From Felis catus (taxonomy: Eukaryota): a stretch of 64,000 nucleotides of DNA. Numbering within the stretch: the first letter of the stretch is position 1; each line of letters starts with the position of its first letter. This document shows positions 24,679-37,500 of this stretch, piece after piece. The notes under the pieces are model-generated. The model ran no database searches. It had not been told where the DNA came from and saw nothing but the letters and a program-made list of their open reading frames with translations. The stretch lies in assembly GCF_018350175.1 (NCBI RefSeq), contig NC_058368.1:145454001-145518000 (forward strand), given 5' to 3'. The translations under genes were made by a program, and so were the position numbers.

Positions 24679-26961
24679 AATATGTGTATTATTTTAAAAT
24701 TTAAGATAAAATTACGGTGTTTAATACGTACCCAAATATTTACCTTTTCCAGTGCTTTCAATCATTCCTCAAAATCTGAATTTCCCTATGGTATCATTTC
24801 TCTTCATCTTGAAGAACTTCTTTGTCATTTCTGTAGTGTGGGTCTGGTGATAATAAATTGCCTTAGTGTTTCTTTATCAGAAAATATCTTTATTTCATCC
24901 ATATTCTTGAAGGGTATTTTCACCAGACTAGGTTTCTTTAAAAATATTGTCTTATTGCCTTTTGGCTTACATTGTTTCTGATGAGAAATATGTAGTATTG
25001 TATTGTCATCATGATTTCACTGTATGTAATGTGTTGTTTTTCTTTAGCTCCTTTTAATATTTTCTCTTTATTTTTGATTTTCATCAGTTTAGTTATAATG
25101 TGCCTGTGTGTGTGGGTTTATTTGCATGTGTTAGATTGTGGTTTTCTAAACTTGAGTCAGTAAGTTTATTTCTCTCACCAAATTTGAGACATTTTCTGCC
25201 ATTATTTCTTTATATATTATTTTTCTTCTCCATTCTCTCTCTCAACTGACTTCTGGTACTCTTCCAAAGAGTGTTGATGTTTTCCTTTCATCATTTAGTT
25301 AACTTGGTCAGATCTGAAATGCCAACTGTCATATGTGTAGTGGGCAGTGGCTTATATCTCTGTTCAGTTCTTTAAGTTTTAACTGTAAGCTGCTTTCAGT
25401 CTGTTTCACACATGCCTGATACTGGAGTCAGCCAGAGACTTAACCTAAGTTTAAACATAGAATTTGGGGTTTCGCCTTCTCTAGCTCCCTTTTTTCTGGG
25501 GCATCTCTTTATTCTCTACCAGCAGTGGTTCTCTTCAGTCAGAAAGGTGGCAGAACTTTAGCTAACTGCCCTCCTTCATCTCTTCTGCCACCACCACTGC
25601 CAATGAAGTTGCCTCCAGGAAAAACACTGCAAAAACCAAGTCACTTGCTCCAGATATTGACTCCTGACCTAAATCTACTTTTGTTAACTCTCCAGAGTCT
25701 CCTATAGGTTTTTCCACCTAGAATGTATGCATGTTATTTGTAGGATGATCACTCTGTTAGGCACTTACTCCTTACTTATTGCTGAGGCATGTTCTGGTTC
25801 TGTCACTAAGTTTGCAGCTCTCTTAGCATCCTAACTTTCTTCTTCTCCAATGACTTATTCCATTTAGCCTACAGATAAGCCCAGATAGGCATATATATTT
25901 TTTAAAGCTCTTACTTTGACATTGATATCCCCTCAAGCTACCTATATGTTATCTTTCTATTTTTTATGTATTTTCTTATAAGGGTTATGTATTATCAATA
26001 CTTTTAGTTCCTCATCACAGGTTCGTGCCATTCTTTCCAGTTTTGCATTTTTTCCCAGTATGTTTTTGAAATTACTCTCTTAAAAGACGGTGGTGACAAC
26101 TGTAACATCAGTTCAAATTGCCTATTCAGACTATCCTTTATTTTTCTGTAACATCCAAGATTATTGGCCATGATCTGCTGGAAGTTTTCCTTCTATAATC
26201 TCCATGTAATTTTTATCTTTTTCTTTTTTGTAAAGTTATTCGCATTGCTAGCTTCCCTGCTCTTCCTCTTTCTGACAGATGGCATTCCTCAAGATCTTTC
26301 CTTGACCTTATTTTTGTTGTTGTTGTTGTTTTCATTAGAAATTTCATCTACTACAATTGTTCCAGATATTGTTTTTACACTGATGACTCAAATTAAAAAT
26401 ATAACCAAGCTTTAAATTGTATACATAGGCAGAATTCTAGTTCTACCTCTTAATAATTGATCATATTATATAGCTAAGATTTTTTAATTGGATTTATTAA
26501 TTTGGATAAAATAAAAATGCCTTATTTCATAATGTTGCTTAGCACATTGGCATGCATATAGCATACATATAACTAGACATATAACTATGCTTATAGTATG
26601 CATATAGTATGCATATAACATATACATATAACGTAGTTAATGATCAAATAGTGATAACTATTATGAAAGCCATTTCTGCAGTCCCCATCTCTCTTTCGAC
26701 TTTTGCCTACAAACTCAGTGGCCCATAGGACCTAGATATCTTAAATAGGCATTTCAAAAATAGTATTTTCTGCTAATGTCTCTTTTACTGTTAATGACAC
26801 CATCATCTTCCCAGTTATCCAGGCTCAAAACCTTGGTATTAAATGAATGGGCTTGTTTTGTGCCCTTTACATTCAACTGTAATTTGCTTACACAAATAAA
26901 TACTACTCTCTTGGAACATCTTTCTCATTTGTTCTCTCTTTCCCAATATGGTTCCCAACTA

Positions 26962-27164
26962 TTTTTTTTAAATTATAATTTATTTTTGAGAGAGAGAACA
27001 CATGCAAGAGGGGGATGGACAGAGAGAGAGAGGAGGACAGAGGATCTGAAAAGGCTCTGTGCTGACAGTAGAGAGCCCCATGTGGGGCTTGAACTTACGA
27101 ATTGTGAGATCATGACCTGAGCTGAAGTTGGACACTTAACGGACTCAGCCATCTAGGTGCCCCC
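26962..27164 (-). mobile_element. Can-SINE
   Basis: Reverse-strand SINE body. Confidence 0.88.
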
Positions 27165-27542
27165 CCCAACTTTTTTTTTTTGTTTCATATGACCTCTATT
27201 GAGGATCATTCTATTTGAATAGAATTTGAATAGAATTTAAATTTAGTTCTAACATCTTACCATGTTTTCTGTAAGTTTCTATCCATGTTTTAGTTCATTT
27301 CCAGATTATTCTTTTTAAAGCCAAGCTTCATATTACTGCACCACCCAACTAATAATGATAACAATAATCTAACATTATGTTCTTACTTGCTAAGGAATGT
27401 ACTAAATGTTTTACATGGAGTTTTTCATTTAGATCACCTTTTTAAAAATACTGAGATCTTTATTGATATTCATATTTTGAAATCTTTACCTTTGCGTTGG
27501 GTTTTTATTTTCCTGGGATAGGTTTTGAAGATGTAAAGCATT

Positions 27543-27768
27543 GGGGTGCCTGGGTGGCGCAGTCGGTTAAGCGTCCGACTTCAGCCAGGTCACAATCTCG
27601 CGGTCCGTGAGTTCGAGCCCCGCGTCGAACTGGGCTGATGGCTCGGAGCCTGGAGCCTGTTTCCGATTCTGTGTCTCCCCCTCTCTCTGCCCCTCCCCCG
27701 TTCATGCTCTGTCTCTCTCTGTCCCAAAAATAAATAAACGTTAAAAAAAAATAAAAAAAAAACAAAAA
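27543..27768 (+). mobile_element. Young felid SINE (SINEC_Fc-like)
   Basis: CpG-rich body; TSD GAAGATGTAAAGC(A/T)TT. Confidence 0.95.
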
Positions 27769-28537
27769 GAAGATGTAAAGCTTTAATATTTGAAATGAGA
27801 AGTTTAAAACTATTCAACACAGTGGACTGTGGTAAAGAGAAAGTTACAAGAATCCTGCTGAATAAAAATACTCATATAGCTGAAAAGCTTTACTAGGAAC
27901 CATAACTGCCATTCCATAATAAGTCCAGGTCATAGAGACTTGCACATACAAATATAATAATTGCAAAATTTCACTGTTAAGGAGATTTTGTCAGTGTTAG
28001 ATTGATAGAGTTAATCAATGAAGATGTTCTAGGACAGAGGAACTTTAAGACAAAATTTCATAAGGAGGAAGCTTGTGTTCTCATGGTGAAGGGAGACCAT
28101 GCTTGCAGACCTGGGTTAGGCAAAGTTTCAGCTGATGAATGCAGTGGTGGTTATGGAACAGAGAGTTGAGTTATTTCTACTGGATGTGTGGGTTGTGATT
28201 TTCTTTTGAATATTGATAGCTGTCTATAATCAAATTCCTCAAGCAGTTCTTCTGTATTTCATCCATGTATATATTCTCTGTTGTCTATTTCTCCTTTATC
28301 TTTTTATATCACAGTTTTGGAGACTATATTTTGGCAATAACATAAGTGGAGAATAACAGCATGAAACTTGCTTGTGTTGTTGTTATGTTCAGTCTTAGTT
28401 TAGCTCTCACTTTTTATTGCTGCCTTTAGCTTTTTATCATAGTATGCTTCTCTATTTCTTTTCCTCTATCCTCCTTCCTCTTCCTATGCTTTTCCCCTTA
28501 ATTTCCTTTTCTCTCTTTTTTTATTTTTCAGATTTCT

Positions 28538-28746
28538 TTTTTTAAAGTTTACTTATTTATTTTGAGAGAGACAGAGGTAGCATGAGTTGGGGAGGGGTGG
28601 AGAGGGAGAAAGAGAGGATCCTAAGAAGGCTCCGTGCTATTACCGCAGAGTCTGATGTGGAGCTCGAACTTATGAAACTGAGAGATCACGACCCAAGCTG
28701 AAACCAAGAGTTGGACGCTCAACCATCTGAGCCACCCAGGTGACCC
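28538..28746 (-). mobile_element. Can-SINE
   Basis: TSD TTTTTCAGATTTCTT on both sides. Confidence 0.9.
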
Positions 28747-28884
28747 TGTTTTTCAGATTTCTTAATGTGGTAATTGACTAGGAATTTATTCAATGACTTT
28801 TAAGGAGGTCAACATGCTTCTGTCTGTACTGTTTTGTTAATCTTCTAGACAAATCTAACAGTAGGGTGGAAGGCAACCAAAAAG

Positions 28885-29213
28885 CTATATTCCCACAATC
28901 CTTGAGCTCCAAAGTGTTTTGGAATTCAGATTTTGGGAATTTTAGAAAAGTAATATAATTTGATAAAAGTAAGTTCTGTATTATGTTACATTCTCATTGG
29001 TGTCTGAGCAGCACACCATGTGCAGTGGTATTAGTATTCCTTTAGTGAAACAATATCCATACAAAGTGCAATGAATAAACAATATAAGAATATCACTCAG
29101 GTAAGAATTTGCCGCCGAATGAGTTTGGGTGCCAAATTTATGAAAAAATTGTATTTTAAAATCTTTTGGAACTTTTTCAATTTCAGAATTGTGGATAAGA
29201 GATTGGGCACCTG
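28885..29213. mobile_element. TcMar-Tigger non-autonomous relic
   Basis: End GAATTGTGGATAAGAGATTGGGCACCTG resembles Tigger/MER46-class termini. Confidence 0.55.
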
Positions 29214-29231
29214 TTGGGCTTTTGCCCAGAT

Positions 29232-29668
29232 ATACAGCGGTGGCCACCAGCCCTGTCCATATCCCCATGCCACTTACTGTTGCTGTGTGCTCACTGTCTA
29301 TTGAATGCACCTGTAACTCTGCCTGAGGGCATTCTGTGGCAGCAAGAGCATGTTCGGCTCCAATGTGAGGTAGCCCTGCATCTCCAGCAGTTAGCACCCT
29401 AAAGCAGTCCTCAGTCAGTAACAGGTAGGCATTGGTGAATACACGTCCCAACTTCTGAACCCTCTTAGGTGGGACAAGTGTGCAGTGTGTTCCATACAGC
29501 CCCCCAGATGTTTCCATTTCAAATGCCCACATTTGTATTGCTTTCTTTCCCATCCTGCCTCATTTCCTTACTCCCTTACTGGTGTTCCTCAAATCATTCA
29601 TCAAATAGATTACTTGCACTCAAATCTTCCTCTCAAGGTCTACTCTGGGAATAATCCACTCTAAGACA
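29232..29668 (+). mobile_element. LTR16-like (ERVL) solo LTR
   Basis: 3' end TACTTGCACTCAAATCTTCCTCTCAAGGTCTACTCTGGG...CTAAGACA is characteristic of LTR16. Confidence 0.75.
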
Positions 29669-31270
29669 TGGACTCCAAATAGAGCCTGGAGCTTGGATTG
29701 AAGAAGAATATTCTTACAGACTTTGGTGTAGTTGTTAACCACTGTTTCTCATGTTTTTAAATTTCATAACTTAGAGGATCTTATTGGAGTAAGAGGAACA
29801 GGTTACCAATTTATAACTGCCATGGCTGAAGTGTATACACAGCCCTGGCCTCCCTGATACTGTAGTTTTCTGCTTCTACAGGCCATGCTGTGAGCCAACT
29901 GTCGGTTTGAAAGTTTTGGCTAAGATTAAAAAAATAGCTCATAATGATTTTAAGTGTTGCATATTCTCCTGACTTGAAGACATTTAAAACACAAAGAAGT
30001 TGATACCCAGTGGCTAATTATCTGGCTGATCCCCAGGGAGGTCGTAGGGTGATTTGGTCTAGAGAAGCCTTTCTTATAACCTCAGATTTCATCACATTAG
30101 GTATAAGGCCGAGTCTGACCATTCGTTATTTATTGTTGTAAATGATTTTGTGTTCACTTTCTTGCAAGTGAATTGCTTGAGTAAAAAGTTGAGGTTCTTG
30201 ACACAACTTTAAATCCATTTTTTTTTAAAAAGTGAAATGCATTTATAGAGGAACTGAAATCATTAATTACGTTGTAGCTCCTTATCTTTTTTATGATACA
30301 CGTATTGCTGTGAGTAGAGTGCTCTAAAACATCTGCTCAATAGTCCGTTATAGCCGCACAAGAATGCTTTTACATGAATGCAGTAAAGTAGCAGATGCTT
30401 TTTAACGACAACTTCCCAATTCATTTAGGAAACAAGTCAGTTCTGGATTTGGTTTTTCTTCCAAGTGTGGCAACTGTGCAGGCAAATGATTCCAAAGAGG
30501 TTAGAATTGACAAATCAAGTCACCCTGTATAATTTTTTAGGGTTCTGCAAGTTAGTCTGAAAGCCTTATCGAATAGCACTTTAATAAAATTAGCATTTTT
30601 CTTACTATGCAAATAATGCTTTACCATTGTAAGTAACCAGGAAGATACATTAATTCAGTATTACCAGCATAAGCTTCTTTTATTTTCTTCTTTGGAAACT
30701 TCTGTTGAATGTTGATTTATTATTACCATTGCAAATGGAAAAAGTGGTTGAATGCCCAGGCTTGATAACAGGGAGAAATGGGGATCCAGCAATTAGAAGT
30801 CAAATGTGTATAGTTCCTTCCCAGAGCAGTTTCTGTTGCCTGAGAGACAGATCACTAGTGATGCCCACATGCCCCTTTGCATGGTCCTTGGCAGGGCTGG
30901 TGTTCTCAGTCAGTAGGCAGTCATTCACAAGGCTGTGTTCTGAAAGGTGCCAGGGAAGCCATCATTGCCCCCCACCCCGTGTCATGTTCTCTGTTACCAA
31001 AACTGCATGGTGAATGGTGATTCATTAAGATTCCCCTGTTGAGGGAAACTTCTCTTCAAAGGCAAAGCCTCTTGGTTGGATTAACAAGTCTTGCTTGAAA
31101 CATTTACTGGTAAATTTAGTAGGTTCTTTTGCTCTGAAGATCCAATCAGAAGGGCTGAATTTGGGAGCTTTGTGCTGTAAGAGGAAAACAAAGCCATGAA
31201 AAACTAGATGTAGAGGATGCCAAGGATAAAATTTGTCTTCTTTATATTTTCTTTAACTTTGGGTTAGGTC

Positions 31271-33374
31271 ACCAGCATAGAGTTTTTTAAGTGGAGGCAT
31301 GCACCCCAGAGAGTGTGCAAAAACAGTTCATTGAGATGTAGGAAATAACGTTTGAACTGCTATTTATATTTACTTTTACTTACTTATTTTTTTAATGAAG
31401 CTTTATAATACTTGAGCATGGCCTCATGCTGAGTCTTCATACAATTTGTGTGTCAGAAGACTCGATGTTGTATGTTTCTCAAGACACTAAAAGGCATAGT
31501 GGGAGCCAGACGATAGGAAAGAGCTGATAGTGGTTGCCTTCACTCCTTCAGGTGTCTGTTATACATTTCAGTTTTCTGTGCCCTGGATTTACCAGGATGA
31601 TGCTGTCCAGTTTCAGTTAACACACTTGTTAGACTAGGGGCTCTACAGATTCCTGGAAAGAAACTGTAATGAACAAACAAACAAACATACAAAAAAAACC
31701 CGGCAGTATGTAAAAAAATATATGATCAGATCTTATATCAGATCCAAATTAGCTGTCCAAATCTGAAATTAGGATTACTTGAGATAGGGTTTATATTTAC
31801 TGTTGTTAAAGATGACCCTCAACCCATCTGTATGCTGTGCTTGCCAATAGTATGAAGCTATTTGTGTTGATTAGCAACTCACAGAAAAACATCTACAACA
31901 TGAAGACAAACCTTTTAAAGCTAGAGGAGATTGAAATGTCAGTGTCATGGATGAAGTACATCCAGTCATTAAGGATAAGCTGCACTTATCTGGTGTTTGC
32001 TTTGTCTGGTTTCCTTCAACCACAGTCCAGAAGCAGATGATCCTCTTGACAGATCCTCAGAAGGTCAATAGTAGCCTAATGTTATGTCACAGTTCCTATG
32101 TCATTCACCTCGCTTCATCTCCTGTCATCACAAGAAGGGTGATAACAGTACAACATGATGTTTTAAGAGAGAGAGACCACATTAACATAACTTTTATTAC
32201 AGCAGACTGTTATAATTATTCTACTTATTATTAGTTATTGTTGTTAATCTCTGTGCCTAATTTATAAAACAAACTTTACCATAGTTATGTATTTATAGGA
32301 GAAAACTCTGTAGTATGCATATGGTTTAAGTACTATCTAGGTTTCAGGCATCCACTGGGGGTCTTGGAACATATCCCCTGTGGATGAGGGGGGACTACTG
32401 AACTTCTTACACATGGATTTGTACATCTTCCTCAGCTTTTGCCGTTATTAAAATCACCTATCAAAAAAAAAATGGAGAAAGAACTGAAGCCAGAACTTTA
32501 GAATGCCATATCACAATTAAGATTTAAAACAAAACAAAATAAAACAACTGCAACAAATTCAATCAAATTGGTTTTATCAAAATATTACTGGCAAAAAAGG
32601 TGTTTGCACCATTAATAAATAAAATATATTTTTCTAGAACAGTTTATTTATTGTATTGATTATACTTTTGGAACCCAGGGCTCTTTGTTTATATGCAGAC
32701 TAGAATGGGATTGTTTATGAAGAGAAAGGTCCTTCAGAGTCAGTTTTGAGTTGAGGCAGTGCCTCCAGTGCTGGAGAGAGAGGCAGGACTGCTGGGCAGG
32801 TGAGATCTGGCCATTTGGTGTCCAGCTGTCTGATTGTCCAGGACTGTCAGGCTTTTTAAACTGTTCCTGGCTTTTTAACAGCACTGGTTCTGGAGCCGGG
32901 AGCCCAATGAAAGGCAAGGAACAGTGTGCTCATTTGCCTGCTGTTTATGTGTGTGACCATTATGAGGTGCTAACTTTTGCAACTGGTACCTTAAAATCAA
33001 CATTTCTGCAATTTCATTCAGCCGCAGCCACTGGCCTAGAAAGCTGAGTGCCAAATGGTCAAGCAGTCCAAAGAGGAGGTGAGAGCAGGGTGCCAGTGAA
33101 AGTTCTCTGATGCTCAGAGTGAAGCACAGAGTGGGAAGGCTGCTTCTGCCAGTGCCCAGATCATCCCCTAAGTAAAATAATTATTAGAAAAATAGTTCTC
33201 CTTCATATTTGTCTTCTGAGGTTTTCAATTTTAATGTGTTTTATAATATACGTAATATATTATACAGAAACAAATGTTCATAATTGATCACAAGGTAAAT
33301 ATGCACATCTTAAAGATGAGTGCTTACATTTTTTGAGTGCTGGAGTCACATTCAAAAAAAGTGTAGAGCCCTCT
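31271..33374 (+). mobile_element. hAT-Charlie DNA transposon relic with nested insertions
   Basis: Degraded BED-finger-like coding remnant near 31770-31880 (..DYL..GFIF..P.PIC..C.LANSMK) and transposase C-terminal-like remnant near 32440-32520; boundaries uncertain. Confidence 0.5.
31982..32400 (+). mobile_element. MER44/Tigger7-family element
   Basis: GAGAGAGACCACATTAACATAACTTTTATTACAG...GGCATCCACTGGGGGTCTTGGAACATATCCCC..GGGACTACTG terminus. Confidence 0.85.
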
Positions 33375-33411
33375 GATTTATAGGATGGAAATGACAACAG
33401 AACATTTTTAC

Positions 33412-33790
33412 TCATTTCATTCATTTGTTTCACTTAACAGACATTTATTGGAAGTCTCTTATGTGCCAGGTGTTGTTCAGGATGCCTGGGATACCTGAGT
33501 GAACAAGATAGGCATAAGCCCTGCCTTCGATGAAGCACTTACATTCCAAAGGATGTGTGCGTGCCATGGCAGGAGAAACCTTTCCCTGACCCTAGACCAG
33601 ATAAGGCCCCAAGATGGTTTCTTACATTCTTACAATATTTGCAAGACTTTAATGAAATAATTATAATTCCTGTAGTTATAAACTCTTTTGAGAGCAAAGA
33701 CCTTGTCTGTTTTGTTCACCAACATCTTTCCAGTGGCAGCACCATGCCTAACACATAGTAGTTGCTTAGTAATCACTAGTGAGTGAATGT
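33412..33790. mobile_element. L2 3'-end fragments (two, opposite orientation)
   Basis: CATTCATT..ACATTTATTG..TGTGCCAGG and GAGAGCAAAGACCTTGTCTGTTTTGTTCACC..CCTAACACATAGTAG. Confidence 0.65.
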
Positions 33791-33932
33791 GTATGTGCTC
33801 TGTTCACACACATTGTGCACGTGTGCACATATATGTATGTGTAAAGCTGAGAAAAAAAATGTGCAGGACATTGTCAAAACTATTGCTGAGGGCAGGAGGA
33901 AGTGCAGAATGGAGTGTGAAAGGAGATTTTTT

Positions 33933-34110
33933 TTTTTTTGAGAAAGAGAGCATTTGTGTGTGTGTGAGCAGGGCAGAGATAGAGGGGGCGAGAGAGAATC
34001 CCAAGCAGGCTCCACATTATCAGTGCAGAGCCTGATTCGGGGCTCAATCCCATGACCCTGAGTACATGACCTGTGTCCACATCAAGAGCTGGATGCTCAA
34101 CCGACTGAGC
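33933..34110 (-). mobile_element. 5'-truncated Can-SINE with 14-bp TSD
   Basis: TSD AAAGGAGATTTTTT at 33919-33932 and 34111-34124. Confidence 0.9.
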
Positions 34111-34232
34111 AAAGGAGATTTTTTAGTAGGCTCTAAGAAGAATTTGTCAGGAAGAAGATTGGATGGTTAGAGGTGACACATTCTAGGTGATAAGGCAGTC
34201 TGGTGAATGTGGGGACAAAAATCTACTCTCTA

Positions 34233-34445
34233 GGGGTGCCTGGATGGCTCAGTCATTTGAGCATCTAACTTTGGCTCAGGTCATGATCTCTCAGTTTGTG
34301 GGTTTGAGCCCCACATCGGGCTGTGCTAATAGCTCAGAGCCAGGAGCCTGCTTCAGATTCTGTGTCTCCATCTCTCTCTGTCCCTCCCCTGATCTCACTC
34401 TGTCTCTCTCTCAAAGATAAATAGTAAACATTTAAAAAAGGTTAA
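34233..34445 (+). mobile_element. Can-SINE
   Basis: GGGGTGCCTGGATGGCTCAG head. Confidence 0.9.
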
Positions 34446-34771
34446 AAAATCTATCTAGGTGGATGGTATGGTCATTGAACTAAAAGTAAACCTTGGGAAA
34501 TAGTGATTAGGATATTTAAAAAGTCTGTGCTACATAAATTGGTTTATACTTCAAAGAGCTGAAACAAAAAAAGGTTAAAATCTTACACACTGAATTTATA
34601 GATGTGGTAAAATTATATGCACTCTGGGGACTATGAGCATTTTCTCTAGTAGTATTTATTATGAGGATAATTTTATTATTATTTGTGTGATTGTGTAGCA
34701 TGTTTCTTCCCTTTAGGGCACAGTATCTGTTGTTCTCCTCTCTCTTCCCGGATCCTAGGACAGTATGGGAA

Positions 34772-35081
34772 CAAGGGTTGGCAAACTATGGCCTGTTGCC
34801 TATTTTTGTACAGCTCACAAGCTAAGATTGGTTTCTACATTTTTATATGGTTGAAAAAGAAAAAAGAATAGTGTTTCATGACACATTAAAATTATATGAA
34901 ATTTAAATTTTAGTGGCCATAAATAACGTTTCATTGGAACAAAGCCACGCTCAATTTACATATTGTCTAGGCTGCTTTTGTGCTACAATGCGAAATTGAG
35001 TGATTTTGACAGAGACATGTGGTGCACGAAGCTTAAAAGATTTACCAACTGGCCCTTTAAGAAAATATTTCCTGACTTTTG
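34772..35081 (+). mobile_element. MER58B-like hAT element
   Basis: CAAGGGTTGGCAAACTATGGCC...TGGCCCTTTAAGAAAATATTTCCTGACTTTTG termini. Confidence 0.8.
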
Positions 35082-36180
35082 ATCTAGAACACAGAAGATA
35101 CTCTCTAACATTTGGTGATGAATGAATGAATAAGTTAATCCCTACCCCTACTATGTGTCAGATTTTTACATTCTGTCTTGTTTAATGTACTTCAAACAAG
35201 GGACAAGTGGGAGGAAAGTGCCTTCATTTATCAAGTAAGGAACCTGGGGCTCAGAGGGATTAAGGGACCTGTCTATCCCTTGAGTGGCAGGGCCAGGAGC
35301 TGAATCCAGATCTAATTTTAAATTCCGTACCCTTTTCCACATTTGACTATACTATGTTTCCATAATATCTGGTGTTTTTATCTTTGATTTTGAATGTATT
35401 CTTACACCCCAGTAGAAAGATGAGAACTTTCATTGTGCTCTCACTGCTACTGAAATAATATTATTTACAAGGGACCCCACGACTTGTCCTGGCACAATCA
35501 CAGGACTTGGCCCATGGTGCAGGTACCTGTAGAACTTTTTAAGGATTGTCCTGGTTAAACAAAAACAAAAACAAAAACAAAAAATAACAAGCAAACAAAT
35601 AGAGCCGTATTCACATCCACATAACCCAGACACGGTCTTGAAGAAGTGGAATGAGCTGTTGGCTTACTGGGAGGTCCTGCAGACTAGATCTTTGCTTGTT
35701 CCTACATGTGCTGTTTCTTGTGCACACGGCGAGAGAGCCTGCACAGCCCTCTGAAATTACTACAATGATTGCCTTTGGGACTCTTTATCAAGACCTTATC
35801 ATTTTCACCCTTTGGCAGTGAAATTTACCCATTTCTGGATTTGAGTATAGAAGTTCATTCATATGCTGAAGGAATTTGCAGTTTATTCATCAAGACATTT
35901 AAAAATCTCACTTCTTTAAATTAGAGTAGTGCTATCTCTGCTTTAGAAAATGGCTTCAGCCAAACTTCAGCCTATTGGATTCAATTATCATCATTCTTTT
36001 AAGGCTCAGAATTTATCCCCACAGGACATCTAATGTAACATCCTAAGATAGGAAAAGAAGGTAGAAAAGGGGGGGGAGGAAGTTCACCAAATGGAGATAT
36101 ACATCCTTTAATAAGGTTCTGCTTACTACTTATAAAAGTATAATAAAATGAAGTTAAAGAAGGCCTTAAGATGGGACTCA

Positions 36181-36363
36181 TAGGGGTGGGCAAACTAAGG
36201 TCTATGGGCCATACCTTGTTTTTGTAAATAAAGTTTTCACTGCAGTCCTTTTGTTTACATGCTGCTAATGGCTGCTTTTACGCTACAATGGCAGAGACCT
36301 ATGGCCCACAAAACCTAAAATATTTGGTCTGTGACTCTTTAAGAAAGCTTTTGCAGACCTCTG
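36181..36363 (+). mobile_element. MER58A-like hAT element
   Basis: AGGGGTGGGCAAACT...TTTGCAGACCTCTG imperfect TIRs and MER58 internal motifs. Confidence 0.75.
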
Positions 36364-37097
36364 GAATCAGGGATATAAAAAAAAAGGAAAAGAACTAGGA
36401 TTGTTTAATATGGGAAAGAGAATTCTGAAGACAATACATTGGTTCATAGTTTTGAGAGTATATTATATAAAAGATGATTCTTATTTCCTAATTCTCTGCA
36501 AGGGTAAATCTAGTTGAAACTGATTTACCCTGTAGCACAGGGAAGAATTTTCTGACTCTAGATTTAAAACATAGAGTGGCTTTTAAGGCACATCTTACAC
36601 ATTGGTGGTTACATGCATGGTGCAAAACTTACTTCCTTTTGGCACCCCAAATTCCACTAGTAAAGATTCCTTGTGATTAAGGCTATCAGCCACAGATCTG
36701 CAACTGAATGTAATAATTAATAAAGGAGTACCATACTAAGCCATTAATGGCCATTGATATTTTTAGCAAGAATTAATTCAAAGAAAAAGGAAAAACTGAA
36801 GGATTTTTTTTTTTTTTTGGATAGGAGGAGATAAAGGAAAAGGCCAGAGACTCTGTACCTTGAGTGGGGGTGATGAACTGATGTCTTAGTTTAACAGAGG
36901 TGCATAGGATCCCACTGATAGGAGACCAATGAGCTAGTGATATTCCCTAAGACATAGATGAGCAGCCAGTGAAGGCAAGCTGGTTTATTGCAGTTTTGAG
37001 TCTTGGTGATTGGGCTTTCTTGGCACTGTAATCCCATAGACTCTAAAAGTAAAGAATCCCAAAGTAGGCACTTCATGTATATGTGAGGCAACCACTG

Positions 37098-37275
37098 GGG
37101 TGGTTTGCTGACCACTTGCATTAGCATCACCTGGAATGTGGTAAACAAGGTAGATTATTAAGTACCATCCCAGAAGTGCTGAGTTCAAAGGTACAGTGTG
37201 GGGATGGCGCCTGAGAACACAAATGTTTAATAACATTCCCTATGCCCCAGATCTGATGGTCCTTGAAGAGTGAAG
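37098..37275. mobile_element. MER5-like hAT relic
   Basis: GCATTAGCATCACCTGGAA..TTTAATAAC motifs. Confidence 0.55.
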
Positions 37276-37296
37276 CAGAAAACCTGATGCTGGTCA

Positions 37297-37500
37297 TGTT
37301 TATTTACTTTTGAGAGAGAGAAAAAGAGAGAGAGAACAGGCGAGGGACAGAGAGAAAGGGAGACACAGAATCCGAAGCAGGCTCCAGGCTCTGAGCGTTC
37401 AGCACAGAGACCGATGCAGGGCTCCAACTCAGAAACCGTGAGATATGACCTGAGCTGAAGTCAGACGCTTAACCAACTGTCTGAGCCACCCAGGTGCCTC
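37297..37500 (-). mobile_element. Can-SINE (donor of a templated fragment)
   Basis: TSD T(G/T)ATGCTGGTC; carries a private 4-nt insertion (AACTGTCTGAG). Confidence 0.92.

Larger units (their letters stand above)
24242..25500 (-). mobile_element. Ancient L1M fragment, right part (contains nested SINEs)
   Basis: Continuation of the degraded reverse-strand L1M. Confidence 0.65.

Noticed and set aside
28981..29553. 190-aa minus-strand ORF
   Set aside because: It spans a Tigger-like relic and an LTR16-like LTR, has no recognisable domain and starts at a non-distinctive site; a chance ORF.
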